From assembly GCA_963820825.1 (NCBI GenBank), contig CAWGBN010000006.1:640001-704000 (forward strand): DNA of 64,000 nt, written 5' to 3'. Both the position numbers and the translations under genes were made by a program. The stretch is from Vulcanimicrobiota bacterium (lineage in GTDB: Bacteria; Vulcanimicrobiota; Vulcanimicrobiia; Vulcanimicrobiales; Vulcanimicrobiaceae). Positions within the stretch are counted from its first letter, which is position 1. The number at the start of each line of letters is the position of its first letter. A model generated the notes under the pieces. The model was not told the DNA's origin and did no database searches. It saw only the letters and a list, made by a program, of their open reading frames with translations. Of this stretch, positions 39,059 through 49,077 are shown piece by piece.

Positions 39059-39436
39059 ATGACCGACGACTCAAGCGATCTGCTTTCGGAGCGATTCGCA
39101 ACGATCGTTATTTATTGGCTTCCGATCGCCGTTCTGATCGCGAGCGGATTCTTCAAGCTCGGCGGTGCGTGGCGGACCGCAATATGGGCGGTCGCATTGA
39201 TAACGATGGGCGTCGGGTGCGTCGTCAATGCCGTGCGATGCGGGCGCGTACACTGCTACGCGACCGGGCCTTTCTTTTTACTAATGGCTGCCGTTGCGGT
39301 TGTATGCGGGCTTGGGATTGCGCCGTTCGGCCCGTGGGGCTGGAACACGATTGCGCTCGTCACTTTGATCGGCGGAATCGCGCTCTATTTCTTGCCTGAA
39401 CGCTTTTTCGGTAGATATCGCCAAAGGGCGAAATAG
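39059..39436 (+). CDS. Small membrane protein with C-x5-RCGRVHC motif
   Basis: Four TM segments; CVVNAVRCGRVHCYATGP. Confidence 0.7.
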   Translation: MTDDSSDLLSERFATIVIYWLPIAVLIASGFFKLGGAWRTAIWAVALITMGVGCVVNAVRCGRVHCYATGPFFLLMAAVAVVCGLGIAPFGPWGWNTIALVTLIGGIALYFLPERFFGRYRQRAK

Positions 39437-39465
39437 CGGCGTGTCAACCCAAATGTACGCCGAAA

Positions 39466-40857
39466 TTACGGTGCCGCGGCGGCGCACACGGGGTCGCCCA
39501 TCCGAGGCGGAACTTCGAACAATCGCGCGAGGCCGGGGAAACCCTCTGCATATGTCGGATGAATGTGCACCGAGTCGTCCAGCGTCCGCCACGTTGAGCC
39601 TGATTGCATGTGGGCGATGAAGACGTGCACGAGTTCCGCGGCCTCGTAACTCACCAGCGTCGCACCGACGATTTTATCAGTTTCGGTGTCGATCACCATC
39701 CGGTATAAACCGCGTTCCTGACCCCATTCGATCGCGCGCGCCACGTCGCTGAGTTGCACCGTTTCGGCCCGCGCCTTGATGCCGCGCGCGCAGGCCTGGT
39801 CGAAGGTGAGCCCGACGCGTCCGACTTGCGGTTCGGTGTACGTGGCATACCCGAGCACCCGATCGTCGCGCGTGCGAGTACCGCCGTCGAGAATCGACAT
39901 CATCCGGCGGTAATCTTCCCACGCGACGTGCGTGAACGCGGGTTGTCCGCTTGCGTCGCCGATCGCATAGACGCCTTCACACGAGGTGCGGAACTGCGCG
40001 TCGACGTTGACAAAACCGCGCTTATCCAGCGCAATTCCCGATGCTTCCGCATGCAATGCGGCGGTGTTCGGCGTGCGGCCGGCTGCAAGGAGCAGCGCTT
40101 CCGCCTGCAGCTGCGTGCCATCCGCTAACTCCAGCGTGAACACGCCGTTCGCATAGGACGCGCGCGATACGCGTGCGTCGAGATGTATGCCGATGCCGTC
40201 TTCCGTGAGCGATTCTTGCAGCAGCGCGCTAACGTCGGGCTCTTCGGTGTGGAGAAGGCGATCGGAGTTCTCGATGATTTGCACCTTGCTGCCAACGCGG
40301 GCCATGCCTTGTCCCAGCTCCAAGCCAATGTAGCCGCCGCCGAGTACGAGAAAGCGTGGCGGGAGCGCGGTTTGCGAGAAGAACGTGAGATTCGTCAAAC
40401 ATGGCGTGTCCGCGAGTCCCGGCACGCTGGGAATCCCCGGCGACGTACCGGTGTTGATGACGATCAGCGGCGCAGTGAGCTCCTCTCCGCCGCCGGTGAC
40501 GATGCGCTTTCCCGTAAAGGACGCCTCGCCGCGAATGACCTCTACGCCGGCCTGTTCGAGCCGTCGCCGGGCGCCATCGCGAAACGATTTGACGATGCTG
40601 CGCGCCCGCTCCATGGCGAACGGAAAGTCAACCTCGACGGTTGCGTGCACGCCGACGTTGGCTGCGCGTCGCGTGCGGCCGGCACTATGCGCCGCCGCGA
40701 GAAACGACTTCGAAGGCGTGCACCCATAGTTAATGCAGCTTCCGCCGATTTCGTCGCGCTCGAACATAACCACGCGCTTCCCGCGTTTGGCGAGGTCGAC
40801 GGCGAGGGGCACTCCGCCTTGTCCGCTACCGATGACGATGACGTCCACTTGTCTCAT
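39466..40857 (-). CDS. Class I pyridine nucleotide-disulfide oxidoreductase (MerA/RclA-like, lacking C-terminal CC)
   Basis: GSGQGG, GGSCINYGCTPSK, GGGYIG, HIHPT. Confidence 0.88.
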   Translation of the reverse strand: MRQVDVIVIGSGQGGVPLAVDLAKRGKRVVMFERDEIGGSCINYGCTPSKSFLAAAHSAGRTRRAANVGVHATVEVDFPFAMERARSIVKSFRDGARRRLEQAGVEVIRGEASFTGKRIVTGGGEELTAPLIVINTGTSPGIPSVPGLADTPCLTNLTFFSQTALPPRFLVLGGGYIGLELGQGMARVGSKVQIIENSDRLLHTEEPDVSALLQESLTEDGIGIHLDARVSRASYANGVFTLELADGTQLQAEALLLAAGRTPNTAALHAEASGIALDKRGFVNVDAQFRTSCEGVYAIGDASGQPAFTHVAWEDYRRMMSILDGGTRTRDDRVLGYATYTEPQVGRVGLTFDQACARGIKARAETVQLSDVARAIEWGQERGLYRMVIDTETDKIVGATLVSYEAAELVHVFIAHMQSGSTWRTLDDSVHIHPTYAEGFPGLARLFEVPPRMGDPVCAAAAP

Positions 40858-41007
40858 ACGGCCCCATTCGCCCAGAACGCCGTTAGCGCCCGGGCTCAAG
40901 ATCCGGCTGGTTGCGAATCGGCGGGCAGTCGCCCGATTGGTACGGTCGATCAGGACGGCCAAGCATGAGGGCGTGAACGGCTTTTACTAACCGTAATTGG
41001 GGGATCA

Positions 41008-41463
41008 ATGGACGAAGCGCAAGTCGAGCAGTCGAGCTATGAGATGCCACCGCAGGAGGGGTTTACCGTCGCGCACTTTCTTACAGTGGCCGACATCGAG
41101 CGATCTGTCGAATTCTACAAAAAGGTCTTCGGAGGAAAAATTGTGAGCAGAGGCGACGAGAACGGCGCGCCGCCGTACATTAAAATCGCAAATACTTGGC
41201 TCATTCTCAACGTTGGGGGCGGTCCAACACCGGACAAACCGACCGTAACGCTCCGGCCTCCTCCCGACCCCGATGAGATCAGCAGCTTCATGAACATCCG
41301 CGTTGCGGATATTCAAGCGTGCTACGAGCTCTGGCGAAGCCGAGGAGCGACGTTTCTCACCGAACCCATAGATAAGTACGGAGAGATCCGATGCTACATC
41401 CGCGACCCCGACGGTTACATCATCGAAGTCGGGCAGAGCAAACCTGGGATCAAGTATGGCTAA
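41008..41463 (+). CDS. VOC/glyoxalase family protein
   Basis: HFLTVADIERSVEFY, YIRDPDGYIIE. Confidence 0.88.
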   Translation: MDEAQVEQSSYEMPPQEGFTVAHFLTVADIERSVEFYKKVFGGKIVSRGDENGAPPYIKIANTWLILNVGGGPTPDKPTVTLRPPPDPDEISSFMNIRVADIQACYELWRSRGATFLTEPIDKYGEIRCYIRDPDGYIIEVGQSKPGIKYG

Positions 41464-41472
41464 GAAGGCGCA

Positions 41473-41988
41473 GTGATAACGAGCGACCTGCACGGGATCG
41501 GCTGGGACGCTTTAGCGGCCATCGGTTCTATCGTCTCCGCCGCCGTCGTGCTGGTCGGCGGAGCGGTCGCTGTTTATCAGTTGCGCGAGACGCGCCGCGC
41601 CGCGCAATTCGATGCTACGCAGCGAATGGTCGATCGATTCTTCGAGCTTGACTTCAACCGCGCGCTGCGCTTCGTGATCAATGATTTACCGAACCGGATG
41701 CGGGATCCGGAATATGCAGCCGAGCTCGAACGTTCGCGTGGATGGGACGTCGACCCCGAACGCCATCCAGAGTTGATCGTCTTAGGCCGGCTTGAGGAAA
41801 CTGGAATCTACCTACGCCACCGATTACTATTGGGAGACGCACTGCTTGACTTCGACGCGATCTTGATATTGCAGAGTTGGGAGCACCTAAGAGACGTCGT
41901 CGATCTGATGCGGAAATCGCACCGTAACCCGCGCGTCTGGAGTAATGCCGAGTTTCTCTACGAGCGTGCGAAGGCGGTGCGGCAGTAG
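41473..41988 (+). CDS. Membrane-anchored hypothetical protein (DUF4760-like)
   Basis: N-terminal TM then YQLRE...; W..AEFL tail. Confidence 0.6.
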   Translation: MITSDLHGIGWDALAAIGSIVSAAVVLVGGAVAVYQLRETRRAAQFDATQRMVDRFFELDFNRALRFVINDLPNRMRDPEYAAELERSRGWDVDPERHPELIVLGRLEETGIYLRHRLLLGDALLDFDAILILQSWEHLRDVVDLMRKSHRNPRVWSNAEFLYERAKAVRQ

Positions 41989-42010
41989 AAGGCCGGGCCC
42001 CACGATACAC

Positions 42011-43042
42011 TCACATCCCCCGCTCCGGCGTCCGACGAAGAACACCAACCTTTTTGTGCGCGATGAGCTCGAAGCGGAAAATTAAATATCCGGGCAGCAT
42101 GGGGAGCAAGCAGGTGAACACGCGCAACAGAACTACTCCAGCAGCGGCGGCCGCGAACGGCACACCGAAGACGTGCAGCACAGCGAGCGCGGCGGCTTCG
42201 AAGGAGCCTAATCCGCCGGGGATCACGGAGACCATGGCAAGGGCTGAGGCCAGCATGTAAGCGACGAGCGCGTGAATAGGGGAAATCGGGTCGCCGAGCG
42301 CTTGGAAAATCGCCCATAGCGTTGCTATGTCTAGCACGAAGACGGTCAACTCGAGGAGCACTACCCACAGGCTAGCTTTTGCTCCGACGCGGAGGTTCTG
42401 TGGCGATTCGGTTGTCGCAGCCGCGAGTTCTCGAATCACGCGAAAGCGTAGGAGCCAAGCCGGCCATCGCGCGAGTTCCGCACGCGCAACGAGTAGCCAG
42501 GCTGCTGCGACGACGACAATGAGTGCGATCGTGAAGAAAAGGACGAAGCTGCGAACGGTGGGGCCGAATCCCGGCTCGAACCAAAGTACGGCCGCGGCCA
42601 GCGCAACCATGAGCAGGAACGCGGCCAAGTAACCCACGGCATCGATGGTCATAGCGGCAATCGCCTCGCCGCGCTTCACGCCACGATCTATGAGGCCTCT
42701 CATGATCATCAGGCTGCCCCCGAGGCCGAGCGTTGGGACGAGCTGATCCACGAACACCTTCTCGATCCCGAGCGCCGCTATGCCGACTAGGTTGGTGTGC
42801 ACAGAAAAGCGTCTCAAGACCATATGCCATGCGCCGCCGGTGAAGAAATAGGTTCCGACCTGAAGGAGTACGATGAGCGCGATCCATTGTAGTCGCAAGT
42901 GAAACAGCAGGTCGGCCGCGGTACTCTCTTCTCTGAACGCAAAGCTGGCACCGAGAATGAGCACGATTAGCACGGCATTGGCGATCACGACCGACCATTT
43001 GATCTTGGGCCGTCCCCGATCGTTGAATAGATCCGTGGTCAC
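42011..43042 (-). CDS. Lysylphosphatidylglycerol synthase TM/flippase-like protein (UPF0104)
   Basis: VDQLVPTLGLGG, PGGLGSFEA, LLRVFT. Confidence 0.85.
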   Translation of the reverse strand: MTTDLFNDRGRPKIKWSVVIANAVLIVLILGASFAFREESTAADLLFHLRLQWIALIVLLQVGTYFFTGGAWHMVLRRFSVHTNLVGIAALGIEKVFVDQLVPTLGLGGSLMIMRGLIDRGVKRGEAIAAMTIDAVGYLAAFLLMVALAAAVLWFEPGFGPTVRSFVLFFTIALIVVVAAAWLLVARAELARWPAWLLRFRVIRELAAATTESPQNLRVGAKASLWVVLLELTVFVLDIATLWAIFQALGDPISPIHALVAYMLASALAMVSVIPGGLGSFEAAALAVLHVFGVPFAAAAAGVVLLRVFTCLLPMLPGYLIFRFELIAHKKVGVLRRTPERGM

Positions 43043-43313
43043 GGTCTAAATGGGGTTCCGTAGGTTCGCGGCGCCTCCCGCCGCGTCTGCGCCCTGGCAG
43101 CGCCTTTCCCAGGAAGCGGTATCTTGTTGCCCGTAGAGCGTGTGAACCATGCATGCTCTACCCACGGCATTCGCCTCAGCCGGTGTCAAGATCGTCGTCG
43201 AGATGACCGGCGGTCGAAACGGCGCTAAACTGAACCCGGTACCCAAGTATACTCCGACCAACTAAAAAGATATGTGGCCAGTGTTGCCATTGCGCCCGGA
43301 GTGAAAGACTGAA

Positions 43314-43989
43314 ATGTGGCAAGACCTGCGACGCACGGCAGTGAGTGCGGTAATCGTAGGATGTGCAGCGCTCTCGTTTCTGGGAACGACGCCGAGCGCG
43401 TCGCCCTCCGCCCCGCCTCCGGCGTGGGGCGCATTCGAGTACGCTTGGTCGAGCATCGCTGGATATAGCACAACGATCGTGGCCTTCGAGCAGATGGGTG
43501 CTCAGGTGCAGAACGTCGTGTTCGACTACACTTTTCATAAGCCGTCGAGCGCGACGGTACACGTCATCGCAGGCCCGAACGCCGGAGGGACCCTCGAATG
43601 GAGCGGTGGCGACACGGTTGTCGCCCATCGCGGCTCAGGTTTCCTTGCAATGTTTAAGAAGTCGTTCTCGTTGCACGATCCGGTCGTAACCACGATTCGC
43701 GGCTCGTCAATCGATCAGTTGAGCTTTGCCGCAGTTCTTTCCCATGGTGAAAATACGCAGGGAACGACGTCTCAGGCGCCCGGTCCGGTGATTTGGAGGC
43801 GTCCCGACCCAAGCCGTAGCGATGGTCCCCACCTCCGCACTCGCCAACGCCGGGTTGACGCTCGAAATCGTCGACCTCTCGTCCACGACGTACATGCCGG
43901 TGCGCGTACTCGGATACGCCGGCTCTACACTCGTGCGCCGGGTCGATTTCTCCAACACCAAGCTCAATATCTCAGGAGGCGCGCCGTAG
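43314..43989 (+). pseudogene. Secreted LolA-like protein, paralog of 27288-27950, with +1 frameshift near 43793
   Basis: Removing one T from ATTT gives ...GPVIGGVPTQAV...TYMPVRVLGY...DFSNTKLNISGGAP*. Confidence 0.65.
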
Positions 43990-44040
43990 AGTCTGTCAGC
44001 TCGTCTCCTCCGACGAACTGTAAGACATTGGAAGTTTTGC

Positions 44041-44949
44041 GTGACGCCGATGAACTTTGATTACCATCTGGTACGAGTCGATGAAGTGACCTTTGAGTGC
44101 TCGGGTGAGCTCGCCGGCATGTACAAGTTGAGCCCGTGCGTTTGGCTAGAGAATGGTCGATTCGAGTTGCTTCTACGCGTAGTGAACCATTCGGACAATC
44201 CCGCTGAGAAAGTAGCGAGAATCCATCACGGTTGGTCTGCGGACGGGTTGCGCTTTGTGCTCGACGGCACGCCGGCGATAGCTCCGGGCCCCGATGTGCC
44301 GGGTGCCTACGATAGCGGTGGTTGCGAAGACCCCACCGTCGCTCGGGTTGCCGGCAACTACTACGTCTACTATTCCGGCTGGAACGAACACCTAAAGCGA
44401 GGCGAACTTCTGCTGGCGACCGGCCCCGACGTCCACCATTTGCAGAAGAAGGGCATCGCGCTCGAATCGTCCCAGCGGGTCATCAACCCCAAGGAGGCTA
44501 CGATCGTGCAGGCTTCCGACGGCACGTGGCGCCTGTTCTTTGAGTACGCCAATGAAGGCAAGTCGAAGATTGGGCTTGGCCAATCCGCGAACGTCGCAGG
44601 ACCTTGGCACGTATTGCCGCCCCTGTTCGAACGTCGTCCGCAGAGCTGGGACTCGTGGCACCTCAGCACCGGCCCGATCCTCGAATGGGAAACTGGTAAT
44701 CCCGTCATGTTTTACAACGGCGCAACGGCGAGCGCGCAATGGCGCATCGGTTGGATTGTGTTCGACGCCGATTACACTCAAGTCTTAGGTAGGTCGGACC
44801 TGCCATTAATTCTACCGCAGGTCAGACGTAGCGTAGAGGATTCAGACATCGCCTTTGCCGCTTCTAATGTCCGGCTAGCAGATGTAATTTATCTCTACTA
44901 TTCTGTGGCCGACCGATACGTAATCAGGGCGATCATTTCTTCCGATTAA
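44041..44949 (+). CDS. GH130-like five-bladed propeller glycosidase/phosphorylase
   Basis: GGCEDPTV, YVYYSGW, MFYNGA, LYYSVAD. Confidence 0.78.
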   Translation: MTPMNFDYHLVRVDEVTFECSGELAGMYKLSPCVWLENGRFELLLRVVNHSDNPAEKVARIHHGWSADGLRFVLDGTPAIAPGPDVPGAYDSGGCEDPTVARVAGNYYVYYSGWNEHLKRGELLLATGPDVHHLQKKGIALESSQRVINPKEATIVQASDGTWRLFFEYANEGKSKIGLGQSANVAGPWHVLPPLFERRPQSWDSWHLSTGPILEWETGNPVMFYNGATASAQWRIGWIVFDADYTQVLGRSDLPLILPQVRRSVEDSDIAFAASNVRLADVIYLYYSVADRYVIRAIISSD

Positions 44950-45223
44950 GGAGGGGCAATTCGCGAGTAGGGCAACGTTCCCGAGGGTTCCCAAAAGATT
45001 CGACCTTTGATTCGATCCTTGGGCGGCGAACTTGCGCGAGGCTTGAGAGCGTAGCGAGCACGCGGCGTTCCTTGTGGACACGCTTGAAGAACCACGCTTC
45101 CGCCGAGGGGTATCGCATCGGCATTAAAACGTTGCGCGATCGTTTGGACCGAGCGCTGCTAGATCTATCGTTGGGCTGACTCTGGGGCGGCTCGCTTAAA
45201 AAGAGTCATCGCGCGCCGGGAGC

Positions 45224-46548
45224 CTATTCGCGCGGATCAGCGAGCCACCGCAACGCGCTCAGACTCGGAAGAAAGCAATACTCGCCCCCTCGCGTGATCA
45301 CGAATCGCGACAAGCCCTTCAGCTGTCGCCGAATCGGCCGGCGCGGGATGGTGTACGTTCCCTCTCCGTCGGCGGCGCCGGAAACCGGATCGCGCTCTTT
45401 GCCGTCACCGAAAAACGCGCCGTCGTTCATCCACTCCGATTGAACGAATTCAAACTGCCGCCCGATGTTCGCGCCGACGAACGCAAACATCAAACCGCGA
45501 TCGGCACCGTCGTCCTCGAGGACTCCCTCGGGAAGCGGCGGACCGTAGCCGCTTCCGCGCCGGATCATGCGATGGATCCGCATCACGCCGGCGATGTCCG
45601 CATCGCGCGGATTCATGCGGCGGATGTGCGCAGCCGAGCGGCGTCTTATAACCGATTGCATCGTCGGCCTTGAAGAGAAAGTTATTGTTGCGCTTGGGGT
45701 CGGTGCCGATCTCCGGATCGATCACCATCGGGCGATAAGGCTAAGGGCGCGCCGCTGCGCCATCGCCCCATCATCTTTGCCGCGACCAGCTCTTCGTCCG
45801 CGGCATCGGTCGCATTGGCTCGCAGGTACTGACGAAACGCCGCCACCCGCTGATGGAGCTTGCGGAAGACGATGAAGCTGCCGTTACGGCCGAGAACCTC
45901 GGGCTGCGGGATGATGGGCGTGTCGCTCATCTCGTCGGGATAGCCCAGCACGAACTCGCCGGGACGCAGTGGTACTTCATTGGGATTGGTTCCAGGAATA
46001 CCGCTGCCCTCAATCGCTGGATGGCTGATGCCGTCTTTGAAGCCGAACGGCTCCTTTTCATCTTTGAGCACGCCAGAATCCTGACGCCATATCGCTTCGA
46101 CGCCGGGTAACTTCTGAAGCGTGCCTTTCGCACGTTCCACTGCCGGATGAAGCTGCGCTTCGCTGGTCGATACGGCCGTGATGACGACGTGAACGTCGGG
46201 CGTTCCGAACGGCTTCTCCCAATGCTCGGGGCCGCGCTCACCTATGTCGCCCAAAAGGTGGGCGCGCGCTGCCATGCCTTGCGCGAACTGTGGCGGAAAG
46301 CTCGAGAGTGACGCCTCCGGAACCCCCAGCGCGCGGAGCCCGGCAAACGTGAGCGCCGCGCTGACCCAGGTGTCGCGCGTCGGACTCTTCGGATGAGCCG
46401 CCGACGGGATGGCGCCGCTCAGGCGACGCATTAATTCGCATCCCGCGGCTCGGTCGTCGATGCGTAAGATGATGTACGTCGCGGCAAAGGGAGTCGGGCG
46501 AGGCCGCAAGACGCCGCTTTGAATATCGTCGAGTTCTAGAGCCGGCAT
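45224..46548 (-). pseudogene. Dyp-type peroxidase with two +1 frameshifts (near 45720 and 45632)
   Basis: FGFKDGISHP, GSFIVFRKLHQ, MMGRWRSGAPL | RNNNFLF | AHIRRMNPRD, IRRG..YG spread over three frames. Confidence 0.85.
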
Positions 46549-46554
46549 GCGTTG

Positions 46555-47562
46555 CTACTTCGTGGCGAGGTTTTTCCAGAAATTGGTGAGGCTTTCGTCG
46601 CCGCCAAACAGCGTCGTAAAGATGGTCGAGTCCGCAAAAAGAACGTCGCCGGCGCGGTTGCCGGACGGCGGCATCCACAGGAACATGTTGATCTCGCGGT
46701 TACCAGCCTCGGTAAACGGATGCGGTTTGGACATATCGATCGGCTGCCGCGCCAGCACGTGGATGGCATTCGAATCGTCGGTCGTCACGGCGTAATGCGG
46801 CAAATGCATGTGAAAGACGAAGGTGCTCACGCCGCTCAGCCAGCCGCGACGATCCAAATCACCCGCGACCGAGAGTGGAACGGTTTTTGTCGTGCCGGAA
46901 TGCGTTGCGGGCCGCAGACCCCACTGGTTTACGACGGGAGTCCCGAGCCCTTTCATCAAGGACCGCACGTACTTGGTAAATCGTTGTTGACGCGGAACTA
47001 ACGGGTCGCCGTGATGATGGTACTCCATGTTGCGCAAATTTGGATCGTCGGACGCGCCGACGTCGTGATGCGGTCCGAGAATCAGACACGTTCCTTCACG
47101 AGCGAGGAAGGCGCGCAGGGCCTCGACCTCCTCGGGCGCGGCCTCCTGTTCGGTGGCCATGTGGTCGAGCCCGAAGACCATTAGCGTATCGGTGTCGGCG
47201 AGGATCCGCTCGTCGATCGGCAATCTTTGACCGGCCTGATCGACGCGTTGATAGACGGCTACGGGATGGCCCGTTACTTCGCCCACGACGCGCTGAAAGT
47301 TCAGCAGCGAGAGGTGGAACAGTTCTAAAGTTCCCTCGATGCCCTGCAGGAACATCTTGTCCGAATATGCTTCCGTTTCGTACGCGGGCCACGCCACCCG
47401 GCGCACTTCGGTCATCGTCGAGAAGCGGTTATCCAAAACTCGGACGTCGCGGTTGGATTCCCCGGGATAGCTCCAGGTCCAATAGACGCTGAACCGGCGC
47501 TTCCCCTTATCGTATTTGCGCGGTAGATGGAGTTGGTTATAGGTTCGACCGGTCGTCGTCAC
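46555..47562 (-). CDS. Conserved hypothetical protein in Dyp operon
   Basis: Long well-formed ORF; LGPHHDVG, YHHHGD, FHMHLPHY; tight operon. Confidence 0.78.
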   Translation of the reverse strand: MTTTGRTYNQLHLPRKYDKGKRRFSVYWTWSYPGESNRDVRVLDNRFSTMTEVRRVAWPAYETEAYSDKMFLQGIEGTLELFHLSLLNFQRVVGEVTGHPVAVYQRVDQAGQRLPIDERILADTDTLMVFGLDHMATEQEAAPEEVEALRAFLAREGTCLILGPHHDVGASDDPNLRNMEYHHHGDPLVPRQQRFTKYVRSLMKGLGTPVVNQWGLRPATHSGTTKTVPLSVAGDLDRRGWLSGVSTFVFHMHLPHYAVTTDDSNAIHVLARQPIDMSKPHPFTEAGNREINMFLWMPPSGNRAGDVLFADSTIFTTLFGGDESLTNFWKNLATK

Positions 47563-48119
47563 TGCATTTGGTCGAGCATGTCGCTCAGCGATTGCTTCAC
47601 GTGCAAGGCTTTCTTGATCTCGTCGGCGGAGACGTACGGGTACTCGCCATACTCCATGAAGCTTGGCCGATGATGCTCTCGCACGAACTTAATGAACGCC
47701 GGTACGTTGCTCTTCCAGTCCTCGGGGAAGCCTTCCAGATTTTCGAAAGCCGTGTTCAACCCGGCCTGGGCGAAGAGCGCCACCGCGTCGTCGGTGTACT
47801 TGTCGAAGTCGGTATCGAAGATGCCTTGATACATGAAATACGTCTCGTTATTGATGTCGAAGAGCACCCACTTTAGATAGTGCAGCTTCAGTGCTGCCAA
47901 GTAGTCGGGATCATCTTTTAACGCTTTTTCGATGGTGTCGGCATACGCACGCATCGCGGCCTCGCGGCCCGGCCTAAGCTTCGCGATGATCGTGAATCCG
48001 TAGCATGCCGGGGTCTTAGGGAAAACCGGGCCGTAGTTGCCTTCCTTATACTCGAAGTACCCGCCCTTCGGGATCGCCATCGCTTGTGGCTTGCTCCAGT
48101 CGCCGTCTTCCGTCGCCAT
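47559..48119 (-). CDS. Conserved hypothetical protein, first gene of Dyp operon
   Basis: AGGAG RBS; LHYLKWVLF...FDTDFDKYTDD. Confidence 0.78.
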   Translation of the reverse strand: MATEDGDWSKPQAMAIPKGGYFEYKEGNYGPVFPKTPACYGFTIIAKLRPGREAAMRAYADTIEKALKDDPDYLAALKLHYLKWVLFDINNETYFMYQGIFDTDFDKYTDDAVALFAQAGLNTAFENLEGFPEDWKSNVPAFIKFVREHHRPSFMEYGEYPYVSADEIKKALHVKQSLSDMLDQMQ

Positions 48120-48198
48120 AGCCTTCTCCTTGTGATCGTGAGGCGTGCGGCTTCGTCCCCGCAGGCGAGGGCCCCTCGTGTGGTGATATACTGGCTAA

Positions 48199-49077
48199 AT
48201 GTTGCCTGCTGCACCAACGCCTGCGCCGGTGGCTACGCGGGCCCCCGCGCGCACGGATCCATGCGGCGGCTATCAGGAGCTTCTTAAGAAGTACTTATCT
48301 GCGTCACCGTGCGTCTTCGTCGCTGGTCAGGCAAGCGTGCAGATGACGTACTCCGGCACCAACGTTCCCGAGGTTCTCACCCACAGCGCCAACGGCAAGA
48401 CGACGACGTTTACGATCTCGAGCCATGCCTTCGGCTATCCCGGCACGCTGCTGCACGTGGGCGTTTCGCCGACCTCGCAGATCACGATCGTGCTGCCGTC
48501 GTTTTCGCAGATCAACTCGACGCAAAACGGAATCGCCGCCGGGACGGACGATATGGAATTCCGCTACAAACAGCTTGTCTATTCGAATCCAAAGGCTGGC
48601 ATCTTGGCCGGCGTGCTGGCGACCTATCAAGCTCCGACGGGTTCCCCCGCGCTCACGGCGGCAGCACCGTCGTACGAGATCAACCCGTTGCTCAATATCG
48701 CATTAAACAAGCAACGGTCAATTGGCGAGAACCTCTCATTTCCGGTGACCAACGCACCCCCGGCGCAGCCGGGCGGTTCGCGTAGTTGGAGCTTTGCGCC
48801 GCAGGCGGTGACTTTCTGGCGCTCTCCGGGCGGGACGCTGCTCGCGATCGTCGCGCAGTACGGATTTCCGTCCAACGGGCTTTACTTAACGCTGAATACC
48901 GCGCAGCTCATCTCGCGGAACTTTCAAATCCAGGGAACGTACGGCGGCAACAATGCGCCGGTCGATTACGTGAATCCCGTACAGGATGTCCCGCACGCCG
49001 TGGGCACGGCTTATAGCCGGTCGTTTACCATCGGTTTCAGTTATCTCATGGGTTACAGTGAGGCTCCGACGCGGTGA
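48199..49077 (+). CDS. Putative outer-membrane beta-barrel/transporter
   Basis: Alternating beta strands, APTGS, terminal GFSYL; start uncertain. Confidence 0.55.
   Translation: MLPAAPTPAPVATRAPARTDPCGGYQELLKKYLSASPCVFVAGQASVQMTYSGTNVPEVLTHSANGKTTTFTISSHAFGYPGTLLHVGVSPTSQITIVLPSFSQINSTQNGIAAGTDDMEFRYKQLVYSNPKAGILAGVLATYQAPTGSPALTAAAPSYEINPLLNIALNKQRSIGENLSFPVTNAPPAQPGGSRSWSFAPQAVTFWRSPGGTLLAIVAQYGFPSNGLYLTLNTAQLISRNFQIQGTYGGNNAPVDYVNPVQDVPHAVGTAYSRSFTIGFSYLMGYSEAPTR

Noticed and set aside
39466..40857. True mercuric reductase merA
   Set aside because: No C-terminal CC pair, no NmerA domain and no mer operon
43046..43261. Small minus-strand ORF
   Set aside because: No RBS or recognisable motif; cannot support it as a gene
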